From NCBI GenBank assembly GCA_963836115.1, contig CAWIIH010000001.1, positions 18,735 to 82,734 of the forward strand: 64,000 nt of DNA, in the 5' to 3' direction. The stretch is from an uncultured Acidobacteriaceae bacterium. GTDB taxonomy: Bacteria > Acidobacteriota > Terriglobia > Terriglobales > Acidobacteriaceae. The notes below the pieces were generated by a model. It ran no database searches, was not told the DNA's origin, and saw only the letters and a program-made list of their open reading frames with translations. Shown here one piece after another: positions 50,796 through 58,921 of this stretch (positions are counted from its first letter, which is position 1; each line of letters starts with the position of its first letter). The position numbers and the translations under genes are program-made.

Positions 50796-51016
50796 GACTT
50801 AAGCATACGGTCAATGCGCGCGTCCATTTCCCGCTCCTCTACAAATTGGCCGCGGTCCGCCTGTTCAAGGCCTTTGCGCACGGCAGCCCGAAAGTGCTCG
50901 TCTTGTTTCAGCAGGCGCAGGGCAGCCTCCTTTACCACGCGTTCGGTGTCCGTGCCGGTCTGGCGGGCGATTTCTGAAAGCTGCGCTTCCTGTTCTGGCG
51001 TGAAATGAACTTCCAT
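50792..51016 (-). CDS. antitoxin (ParD/Phd-like) of the RelE/ParE module
   Basis: 74 aa with a 4-nt overlap with the toxin start. C-terminal ...GLEQADRGQFVEEREMDARIDRML is typical of ParD-type antitoxins. Confidence 0.7.
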   Translation of the reverse strand: MEVHFTPEQEAQLSEIARQTGTDTERVVKEAALRLLKQDEHFRAAVRKGLEQADRGQFVEEREMDARIDRMLKS

Positions 51017-51089
51017 GGGTGCAGTCTAGCAAAATGCAGGTCCCTGTCAATATCCGGCAGCGGGTAGAATGAGCTTTGTGACGCTCACA

Positions 51090-51199
51090 AACTCGACAAG
51101 CGCGTGGCCAAGCTGAAGCTGGAGTCGATGGGGATCAAGATCGACCGGCTGACTCCGGAGCAGGAGGAGTATTTGGCGGGGTGGAGCGAGGGAACGTAA
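51090..51199 (+). pseudogene. duplicated 3' end of ahcY (last ~36 codons)
   Basis: 110 nt, roughly 90% identical to 50328-50437. Encodes the same peptide except one Ala-to-Gly change. The last five codons (WSEGT) are respelled synonymously (TGGAGCGAGGGAACG versus TGGTCTGAAGGGACT). Confidence 0.8.
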
Positions 51200-51471
51200 A
51201 GCGGCACTCAGCGTGTACATTCAGCAATGCGGGGCGGCTCGCTTACATCAGTAAAATGTCTCGCATAGGGGACGGTGGTAAGGAATCACTCAACTTCTTT
51301 ACTTTTTTGTCCATTACCTCGTCGAGCCTTCGGTGTAGTTCCTCGCGGTTAATCATTGTGTTTGTCCCAGATTTGACAGAGCATCAGTCCCAAGTGTCAC
51401 GGTTACTTAGTGTAGTCTGTTCGGCCCTTGATGAACGCACTTGATCAGCCAGCCACGACATCTGCGTAATC

Positions 51472-53366
51472 TCAGCCTGCTTTTAGTGGCAGCGACAGTA
51501 CCTGACCACGACTTTGCACGGCAAGACGGCGACGGATCAGTCGTCCAACCAAGGTGGCCATGGTCCCTTCACGCATGGCTAGCTTTGCGGCGATAGCAGC
51601 TATCGTCGGAGTATCGTCCATAGCAGCCCAAAGGATCTCTCCTTCTTATTGGGTCTTAGCCGGAAACGCCGTCTCCCGTTCCCTCGCGAATCATGGATCA
51701 GGGTTGACCCACCTTTCAGTTTTCGGGCTGTTAATGCCACGGGAGCGCGCTTTAGCTTCGCGAGGAACGTACTGACCTTCTTCCACTGATGCGCGACGGG
51801 CAGGGCATCGTACGCTATGCAGAACATGGGAGTATCGTGCTGTAGCCGGCTGGCAGGATACAAGCGCCGGTAATAATCGAATTGTCTTAGCTGGCCAAGG
51901 TGGAACCGTCCCGCCTGCGGTACATACGGCTGTGCGGTACAGGCTTACCTCTTGAAGGATTGGATAGACCGGCGGCGCAGTAAAGTGGCTGCATCAATCG
52001 CAATACCCGATGATTCCCCGCCGGATCATCAGTGCTGGAAAGCGGGTGGTTGCACAATATGTTGAACAGTAAAGGTCGTCCAGCCTTGCTTCGATCCCCC
52101 ACTTGAGGACTTTTATGTTGTCCACCAGAGTCGCCCGTTTCCCGATTAACCGCAGCGTGTTTTCACTGAATGATTCAATGCCGACCTAACGTACGTATCC
52201 CCACCCTTCTCATTTTGGCCAGAAGTGATGGAGACGTGTTCCGTGCGTTGAGCTCTCCCATGAGACCAACTTGAGCCTCTTCTTCACTAGTAAATCGCAC
52301 AACTCCCCGAGGTACCGCGGATCACCGTTGATTCCCAATCGACAAAGTCGATATCCGCCTGCCGTGGGCGGCGTAGAGGCGACGGACATCTTGGCAATCG
52401 TCTTCGGCGGGCGAAGATGTTGACCGACGCTGCTGATGGGGCAAAGGAGCAGCCCGAATTCGAACATCCAGCCCCCAGGTTGAGCGTCAGAGAATACTTG
52501 GCGACACGGCGGTGGCGCAGCTCGCTGAAATCCGGGGTTGGAAAGAAGTTGACGCGGTCGGGCTCAGCTCGCCTGTAGCGGTACGCTCCGCGATCCGGCA
52601 TAGTGCCGGAGAGCCGCGGTGCCGGCTCACCGTTTGCGATCTGCGCCAGCAACGCTGCCAGTTCCTCCTCTGCCTGTCCAACCACAATGTGGTCGATGTC
52701 CGGAAAATTTTTAAGAAACTGGGTGGTGTTGTAAGACTGGGAAGACTTCCCCGCCAACGATACGCGGTTTCAGGCTGCGCTGTCTGATTTGCCTAGCTAG
52801 ATACAAGCTGGTTAAAAACTGCGTGTCGAGGCATGAAAAGCCGATAGCGTCGTAAGCAGCCCAATTGGTTCCTCCAGAACACGGGACAGAAAACTGTTCA
52901 TGAGGGCGCAATAGCGCTTGATGCGCTGGAAATCGGCGGCCACGGCCTTTGCTTTCGGTTTGCATTGCAGTCCACCATCAAAGTTTAGATACGTACGGTA
53001 GATATCTACGTTGGCGTGCCGGTCTTTTACGCAGTCAAGCAGGAGGTCCTCAGGCCGAGCATGTCCAAAAACCATTCCGGAGTAAAAGACCTCGTGCCAG
53101 CAGGTGCCGAACTCGCTGATTTGCGTATCGACAGGTATCAAATATGGCGCGTGGCGGCGCAGGTGATCGGTAAATAGTACGCAGAGCGGCAGACACCTCG
53201 CGCGGTATCCTTTTGCCCTCAAGAACCCCTTCAAACGCGCGATACCCAACGGTGACCACCCATATTCGAATCCGGGAGCTGAGACGAGAAGGATGGACGG
53301 CGGCTTGCCCTCAACTGGGGAGAGGTGAGCCGCGCTGAAGGCGTCGAGGCAACGATTAGTGCTCAT
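51472..53366 (-). pseudogene. B12-binding-domain radical SAM-like gene, fragmented over at least six reading-frame segments (possibly with a C-terminal or adjacent wHTH-like segment)
   Basis: Fragments 52812-53366 (ILLVSAPGFEYGWSPLGIARLKGFLRAKGY), 52711-52965 (AYDAIGFSC ... KPRIVGG), 52287-52757 (IDHIVVGQAEEELAALL ... GAGCSNSGCSF), 52210-52467, 51887-52102 and 51600-51863. The region is AT-richer than its surroundings. Confidence 0.45.
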
Positions 53367-53547
53367 AGCTCACCAGCTCGGTCTTCCAGTATTATGCGCT
53401 CCTTACGACTTATTACTTCAAACAATTGTTCTAGAACGTCGTACTCTCGACGGGTGGCCCACACTTCGCTTGTTGAAGGGTGGGACTCCAACGGTCGAGT
53501 CCCGCCGGGGCCCCTTCGTTTTGCCTAATATTGCTAAATCATGCCTT

Positions 53548-53818
53548 ATGATACTTAGCATGAGAAGCACTCGTACCCTATCCGTGACTCTGCCGCCGGA
53601 GATGCTGAAGCGGGCCCAGTCCATTGCCAAGCGGGAGAGCCGCACCATGAGTAAGTTGGTTCGGGAGGCTCTCCGCCACTACGACCGGCGGGCTTGGTGG
53701 GATGAGGTTAATGCCTACGGCCGTCAGCGCGCAGAAGAACGTGGGTCTCCGCGAAGGGGATGTGGATCGGTTAATCCACGAATCCCGCCGGGGCTCAAGG
53801 AAAGCCGTGAAGAAGTAG
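53548..53818 (+). pseudogene. orphan RHH (CopG-family) antitoxin-like gene, one frame break
   Basis: LSVTLPPEMLKRAQSIAKRESRTMSKLVREALRHY RHH motif. The C-terminus (GLREGDVDRLIHESRRGSRKAVKK-stop at 53816-53818) is in another frame and joins if one base near 53746 is removed. No adjacent toxin gene. Confidence 0.55.
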
Positions 53819-53832
53819 ACCTCAGCGGCTAA

Positions 53833-53990
53833 AGCCGCGTTCTAATCTGGGCGCTTAACGCGGCGCTGAAGCGCCGCTCTTCCACGGTGCTGCATGCGTC
53901 CGTGGTGGGCGCAAAAGCAAAGTCAAAATCAAAATCAAAATCAAGATCAAGGTCAAAGGCAGCGGACGGGGGCGTCCGCTCTACGCGAGC
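53833..53990 (+). repeat. ~150-bp REP-like element with internal hexanucleotide tandem repeat (7 units)
   Basis: GCCGCG ... GCGGCGCTGAAGCGCCGCTCTTCCACGG ... (AAGTCA AAATCA AAATCA AAATCA AGATCA AGGTCA AAGGCA) ... GGACGGGGGCGTCCGCTC. Direct copy at 54808-54960. Confidence 0.7.
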
Positions 53991-54099
53991 AAAATCCTTG
54001 CCCCTATGTCTACCAAAGTAGACTCTACTTTCGTAGACTTTACCTTCCCCAATCCTGATGTGACAGTGGAGTAGGTTCCGAGAATTGTGCGGCTGCTGG

Positions 54100-54190
54100 G
54101 CCGCGTTTTTTGTTTGGGCACAAAGCGAAAAGCAGATCCCTCGCTGGCGCCGTCGCTGGCGCTCCGGCTTGCTCGGGATGACAATCATTT
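54100..54190. repeat. GC-rich REP-like element (…CTTGCTCGGGATGAC type)
   Basis: GGGCACAAAGCGAAAAGCAGATCCCTCGCTGGCGCCGTCGCTGGCGCTCCGGCTTGCTCGGGATGAC. Related ends (GCTCAGGATGAC) occur at 25021-25032 and 48952-48963. Confidence 0.5.
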
Positions 54191-54271
54191 TATGAGTCGC
54201 TGTCGCTTTGACTGGCTCGGGATACAAGGGGTTTAGGAAGGGATGGCATGAGAAGAAATCGGTGGGCGGGG

Positions 54272-54731
54272 ATGAGGATTATCAGGAATTGCAAGAAGCG
54301 CGGGGAGTGGGTGGAGTTGGTGTTTGCGGTGCGGGCGATTGGGCTGGGGCTGCGTGCTGGGGCGGCCTTGGGGAGAGTCGTCGGGATATGACTTTACGGT
54401 GGACGCGGGGTGGCGGATTGTGCGGGTGCAGGTGAAGTCCACGATGTTCCGGGAGGGTTCGGGGTATTCGTGCACGCTGAAGGACAGCCGCGGTCCTTAT
54501 AAGAAGAATACGTTTGATTTTGTGGCGGCTTATGTGATTCCGGAGGATGTTTGGTACATCCTGCCGGAGAAAGTTGTGCGGGGGATGTGGAGCATTGGGC
54601 TGAATCCGAAGCTGGAGGGGGCTAAGTATAACTCTTACAAGGAGGCGTGGCATCTGCTGACGGGGGAAACGCCAGGGTTCGTGGCGCGGATTGAGGCTTG
54701 TGCGGAGGAGAATTTTCTGGAGGGAGCTTAA
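54272..54731 (+). pseudogene. PD-(D/E)XK endonuclease-like protein (PDDEXK_5-type), one frame break
   Basis: KKRGEWVELVFAVRAIGLGLRA|GRPWGESSGYDFTVD ... RVQVKST ... FDFVAAYVIPEDVWYILP. The join needs removal of one G from the G4 run at 54359-54362. Confidence 0.65.
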
Positions 54732-54807
54732 GGGGCAGTCTGGTCGCTGGTGGTTGGTCGTTCGCGAGGCGGCGGTTGTTGCCCCGTTTGTTCGTTTCGA
54801 CTGCGTA

Positions 54808-54960
54808 CCTCAGCGGCTGAAGCCGCGTTTCTCGTGGGGGCGTTTTACGCGGCGCTGAAGCGCCGCTCTTCCACGGTATTGCAGGGGTCCGCGCCGACAC
54901 CTTGCAAAATCAAGATCAAGGTCAAAGGCAGTGGACAGGAGTGTCCGCTCCACACGAGCC
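54808..54960 (+). repeat. ~150-bp REP-like element, second direct copy (4 hexanucleotide units)
   Basis: Same architecture as 53833-53990, with a shorter AAATCA/AGATCA/AGGTCA/AAGGCA array. Confidence 0.7.
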
Positions 54961-54980
54961 GGACTGGTATTATCCCCAAG

Positions 54981-55682
54981 ATGGCGCGGCGCGGAAAATT
55001 TATTACTTTCGAAGGGCTGGACGGAACCGGCAAGAGCACGCAGATGCGCAAGGCCGCGGCCGTGCTGCGCGCGGCTGGATATAAGGTGGTGGAAACGCGG
55101 GAGCCGGGGGGAACGGCTACGGGGGAGAAGATTCGGCGGGTTTTGCTGGACTCGTCGACCGAGGGCCTAGCGCCGCTGGCGGAAATGGCCTTGATGTTCG
55201 CTTCGCGGGCGCAGCACATTGCGGAAGTGATCGAGCCGGCGCTGGAGCATGGGCAGATTGTGCTGTGCGATCGCTTCACTGACTCTACCGAGGCTTACCA
55301 GGGCTGGGGGCGGAAGCTGGGCAGCGAGGCGGTGCTTGAGCTGCACCGTCTGCTTTGTGGAGGGCTGCAGCCTGATTTGACGATCCTGCTGGACTCGGAC
55401 CCGGCGATGAGCGTGGGGCGGGCGCGGCGAAGGAACCGGCGGGCGTCGCATGGGGCGGATCATGTTTCACACAAGAGTGCCGGTAAACATCCCGACGAAA
55501 ACCGCTTCGAGCAGCAGACGCGAGTTTTCTTCGCCCGAGTACATGAGGGTTATCTGGCGATTGCCGCTCGAGAGCCGCAGCGCGTAGTGGCGGTGGATGC
55601 CAGCGGGACTCCGGGGCAGACGCATGGGCGGATTATGGAGGTTATCGCGCGAAGGCTAAAGTTGGCTGCGAGAGTCGCGTGA
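54981..55682 (+). CDS. tmk: thymidylate kinase
   Basis: FITFEGLDGTGKSTQ P-loop, REPGGT, DRF motifs. Confidence 0.9.
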   Translation: MARRGKFITFEGLDGTGKSTQMRKAAAVLRAAGYKVVETREPGGTATGEKIRRVLLDSSTEGLAPLAEMALMFASRAQHIAEVIEPALEHGQIVLCDRFTDSTEAYQGWGRKLGSEAVLELHRLLCGGLQPDLTILLDSDPAMSVGRARRRNRRASHGADHVSHKSAGKHPDENRFEQQTRVFFARVHEGYLAIAAREPQRVVAVDASGTPGQTHGRIMEVIARRLKLAARVA

Positions 55683-55752
55683 GAGCATCTCGAAATGTCA
55701 CTGGATTGAAATTTGACATGATCACCGATAATGACATACCATGTAAAATGTC

Positions 55753-56007
55753 ATGAGTGCCGGTGAGAGCCTTACGCGTATTAATGAAAATGGCCGGGTA
55801 GTGATCCCCGCTTCCTTCCGCCGCGCTCTGGGTATCCGTTCCGGCGACACTGTCGTTCTGCGGATCGAGAATGACGAGCTTCGAATTACGACTTTGCGGC
55901 AGCGCCTGGCAAAGGCCCAGCAGCTTGTGAACAAACACGTGCCGCCGACCACATCTCTCGTGGATGAGCTGATTGCGGAGCGGCGCGAGGCTGCGCGGCG
56001 TGAGTAG
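55753..56007 (+). CDS. vapB: AbrB/SpoVT-family antitoxin (VapB-like)
   Basis: INENGRVVIPASFRRALGIRSGDTVVLRIE is a swapped-hairpin AbrB motif. Overlaps the PIN gene by 8 nt. Confidence 0.8.
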   Translation: MSAGESLTRINENGRVVIPASFRRALGIRSGDTVVLRIENDELRITTLRQRLAKAQQLVNKHVPPTTSLVDELIAERREAARRE

Positions 56008-56392
56008 AATCGTGCTGGATACCTCTGCGCTCCTGGCTATCCTTCACCGGGAGCCGGGCGCGGAAATGTTCACCAAACAATTTCATCTCCTCGAGAACGC
56101 CGCCATGAGCGCTGTGAATGTGGCGGAGGCCTATGGGAAGCTGGTGGGGCGAGGAATCGCTCCCGAAGAAGCATGGGAGGCTGTGATCGCCCCCATCCCT
56201 GAGATTCTGGATTTCGACACGGAACAAGCGAAGATTGCGGGCGGGTTGCTGCCGCAAACTCGGTCGTTGGGATTATCGTTAGGAGATCGCGCGTGCCTGG
56301 CTCTCGGCATCGCACTCAAGGCGCCCATCTACACGGCGGATCGGGCGTGGAAGGGTTTGAGGCTTAAGGTTTCGATTCACTTTATTCGCTAA
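56000..56392 (+). CDS. vapC: PIN-domain toxin (VapC)
   Basis: IVLDTSALLAIL ... NVAE ... LSLGDRACLALG ... YTADRAW, the conserved acidic residues of PIN domains. GTG start. Confidence 0.8.
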   Translation: MSRIVLDTSALLAILHREPGAEMFTKQFHLLENAAMSAVNVAEAYGKLVGRGIAPEEAWEAVIAPIPEILDFDTEQAKIAGGLLPQTRSLGLSLGDRACLALGIALKAPIYTADRAWKGLRLKVSIHFIR

Positions 56393-56402
56393 AGTCTGAC
56401 CC

Positions 56403-57500
56403 ATGCCTTTCTCCGATTTTCACGGTAACGCCGAGACGGTTCATCGCTTGCGCGAGATGCTGGCGCGGAAGCGGTTGCCGCATGCGGTGATTCTTTCGGG
56501 TGTGCGCGGGGCGGGTAAGTACACGCTGGCTCTCATGCTGGCGCAGGCTTTGAATTGTGTGGCGCCGACTGAGACCGATGGGCTGCCGGACTTCTGCGGG
56601 CAATGCGCGAACTGCCGGCGCATCGCGCAGGCTGCCGATCTCGATGCACGGTTTGCCGAAGCGGTGGAGACGCGCGAAGGTCTGCGCGAGGCTGACAAGA
56701 AAGATACGCGGCTCTTCGTGCAGACTCACCCGGATGTGCTCGTCATTCCTCCGGATCCTCCGCAGATGATGATCAAGGTGGATCAGGTGCGGCGGGTCAT
56801 TGAGACCATCTATTACCGGCCGGCGGAGGCGCGGGAGCGGGTTTACATCTTCACCGACTCGGCGTTTATGAAAGAGGCGGCGAATTCGCTGCTTAAGGTG
56901 CTGGAGGAGCCTCCGGAGTTCGCTACGATCTTTTTGCTCTCGGAGAATCCGGGCGAACTGCTTTCTACGATTCGCTCGCGTGCGATGGTCTTTCCACTCG
57001 GGGCTGTGCCGGTGGAAGAGGTGGAGAGCTACCTGGCCAAGTATCGTCCGGAATGGAAGGCGCAGCAGCGGGCTCTGGTTGCGAGACTGTGCGAGGGCGC
57101 TCTGGGCCGAGCTCGCAGCTTCGATGTGGAAGCCTATGTGGCTGCGCGCGCCGACGCGATGGCCATCCTCAACTCGGCGTTGCTGGGAGGCGAGCACTCG
57201 CAGCTCTTCAAGATCACCGAGTCGTATCGCGCTGGCGCTGAGGGCCGGGAGAAGACGGAGCAGCTTCTCCGCACACTCTACTCGCTGCTGCGCGATTTGA
57301 TGTTTCTGGGATCGGGAGCGTCAGGGATGGTCCACAATACCGACATTCAGAGCCAGCTTGTGAAGATGGCGGAGGTGGCTGATTTCGAGTGGATCGCCGC
57401 CGCTTCGGACCGGTTAGCCGAAGTGGAACGCGGCATGCGGCGCAATCTGCTGCGGTCGTTGTCGCTGGATGGGTTGAGTCTGGCGCTGGAGAAAGGGTAA
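56403..57500 (+). CDS. holB: DNA polymerase III delta-prime subunit
   Basis: LPHAVILSGVRGAGK, zinc-module Cys cluster (CGQCANC), NSLLKVLEEPP. Confidence 0.85.
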   Translation: MPFSDFHGNAETVHRLREMLARKRLPHAVILSGVRGAGKYTLALMLAQALNCVAPTETDGLPDFCGQCANCRRIAQAADLDARFAEAVETREGLREADKKDTRLFVQTHPDVLVIPPDPPQMMIKVDQVRRVIETIYYRPAEARERVYIFTDSAFMKEAANSLLKVLEEPPEFATIFLLSENPGELLSTIRSRAMVFPLGAVPVEEVESYLAKYRPEWKAQQRALVARLCEGALGRARSFDVEAYVAARADAMAILNSALLGGEHSQLFKITESYRAGAEGREKTEQLLRTLYSLLRDLMFLGSGASGMVHNTDIQSQLVKMAEVADFEWIAAASDRLAEVERGMRRNLLRSLSLDGLSLALEKG

Positions 57501-57803
57501 GGCTGGGAGATCAAAGTCCCCGCCCTGTCTCTGCAAAAAGCGCAGAGACAAGGACTGGGCACTCGCTCAACGAAATGTCACGACCGGGATGGGCATCCCC
57601 ACAGAACTATCTTTGGTTTCAGCAAGTTACTGAGATTACTCTGGTGGTTCTACACCCTTCAGATAGGTTGCCGGTGGCATCTCCAGCGCCTATAATCGTC
57701 TTACTCTGGTTTAAGAATTCTCCGTCAGGTTCCGGGTAGCGGCACGCGAGGGTGAAGTCTGTCTTTTGCATCAGTCTTTGCCCATGAGGATAAGAGCCCG
57801 GTA

Positions 57804-58655
57804 ATGCGAAAGCGCCTGCAAATCGCCCTGATGGCTAGCACTGTAGCCGCGACCTCTCTTTCTCTCACGGTCCAACTCCGCGCCGCGGATGGCGACGGAG
57901 CCTCGGGAAAAATCACTGCAAGTGACGAACACGGCCGCAAGATCTACGTCAATGATTCCGAGACAGCAACTCCATCCCACCGCACTCAGGAGTCCCAAGC
58001 CCCCCGGCGCACGCTGAGGTATTGGAGCTCCAAAGAAAACCGGTGGAAGCCAGTGCCTCCGCCGAATGGGGCGGTCATGCGGGCGGCTAAGTCGGCTGCG
58101 GCCGAGGTGGACGAGTACCTGGGGCATGAGTCCAGCCAGTCGGCACTCTCTAAGATTGCAACGGCCAATTTCCGCGGCACAGTGGCGACGCCTGTGGACA
58201 TTGATGGCGCGATCGAGCAGGCTGCGGCACGGCACAACGTGGACCCCAACCTGGTGCGCGCGGTGGTGAAAGTGGAATCGAACTTCAATCCCAACGCGGT
58301 GTCGCGGAAGGGCGCGATGGGACTGATGCAGTTGATGCCATCGACGGCACGCCAGTTGAAGGTGAAGAATCCGTTTGACCCGGAACAGAATGTGGACGCC
58401 GGGGTGCGGCATTTGAAGCAACTTCTGGAAAGTTATGGCGGCGATGTCCGGCTGACCCTGGCCGCCTATAACGCGGGTTCGGGGGCGGTGGCGCGCAGTT
58501 CCGGCGTGCCGCGCTATGCCGAGACCCAAAACTACGTCCGGCGGATCACCAACCTGTACTACGGAGGGTCCGTTATCAACTCGGGCGCTTCGCATGATCC
58601 CGTGACGGTTCAACGGGATGCGCGGGGCGTACTCTACATCAGCAACACCGATTAG
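57804..58655 (+). CDS. soluble lytic transglycosylase-domain protein
   Basis: VKVESNFNPNAVSRKGAMGLMQLMP ... AAYNAG SLT catalytic motifs, plus a signal peptide. Confidence 0.85.
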   Translation: MRKRLQIALMASTVAATSLSLTVQLRAADGDGASGKITASDEHGRKIYVNDSETATPSHRTQESQAPRRTLRYWSSKENRWKPVPPPNGAVMRAAKSAAAEVDEYLGHESSQSALSKIATANFRGTVATPVDIDGAIEQAAARHNVDPNLVRAVVKVESNFNPNAVSRKGAMGLMQLMPSTARQLKVKNPFDPEQNVDAGVRHLKQLLESYGGDVRLTLAAYNAGSGAVARSSGVPRYAETQNYVRRITNLYYGGSVINSGASHDPVTVQRDARGVLYISNTD

Positions 58656-58725
58656 GTTGGTTCTACTTTAGTCTCTTTAACAGGTTCAATCTCTGGCAAA
58701 GGCCAGTTCATAAATTGCGGGAGAC

Positions 58726-58789
58726 CTCAGGGGCTAAAGCCCGCGTTCTTATGGGCGATAAACGGCACGGCTGAAGCCGTGCCCTTCCC
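58726..58789. repeat. REP-like element (GGCTAAAGCCC / GGCTGAAGCC type)
   Basis: CCTCAGGGGCTAAAGCCCGCGTTCTTATGGGCGATAAACGGCACGGCTGAAGCCGTGCCCTTCC. Confidence 0.55.
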
Positions 58790-58921
58790 AAAACGATTTA
58801 TGAGATAGCTTCCAGACGATGATGAGATAGCTTCTAGTCGATCGGGATTTTATCTGGCACCCAGGGCATTGGTTCACCAACGGTTGCAGACGAGCAGGAA
58901 CGAGGGCACGGGCTGGTTATC

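Noticed and set aside
51243-51356. 37-codon minus-strand ORF downstream of the radical SAM fragments as a RiPP precursor
   Set aside because: It has a weak ribosome-binding context, no Cys/Ser/Thr-rich core and no conservation evidence available. It is mentioned only as a possibility.
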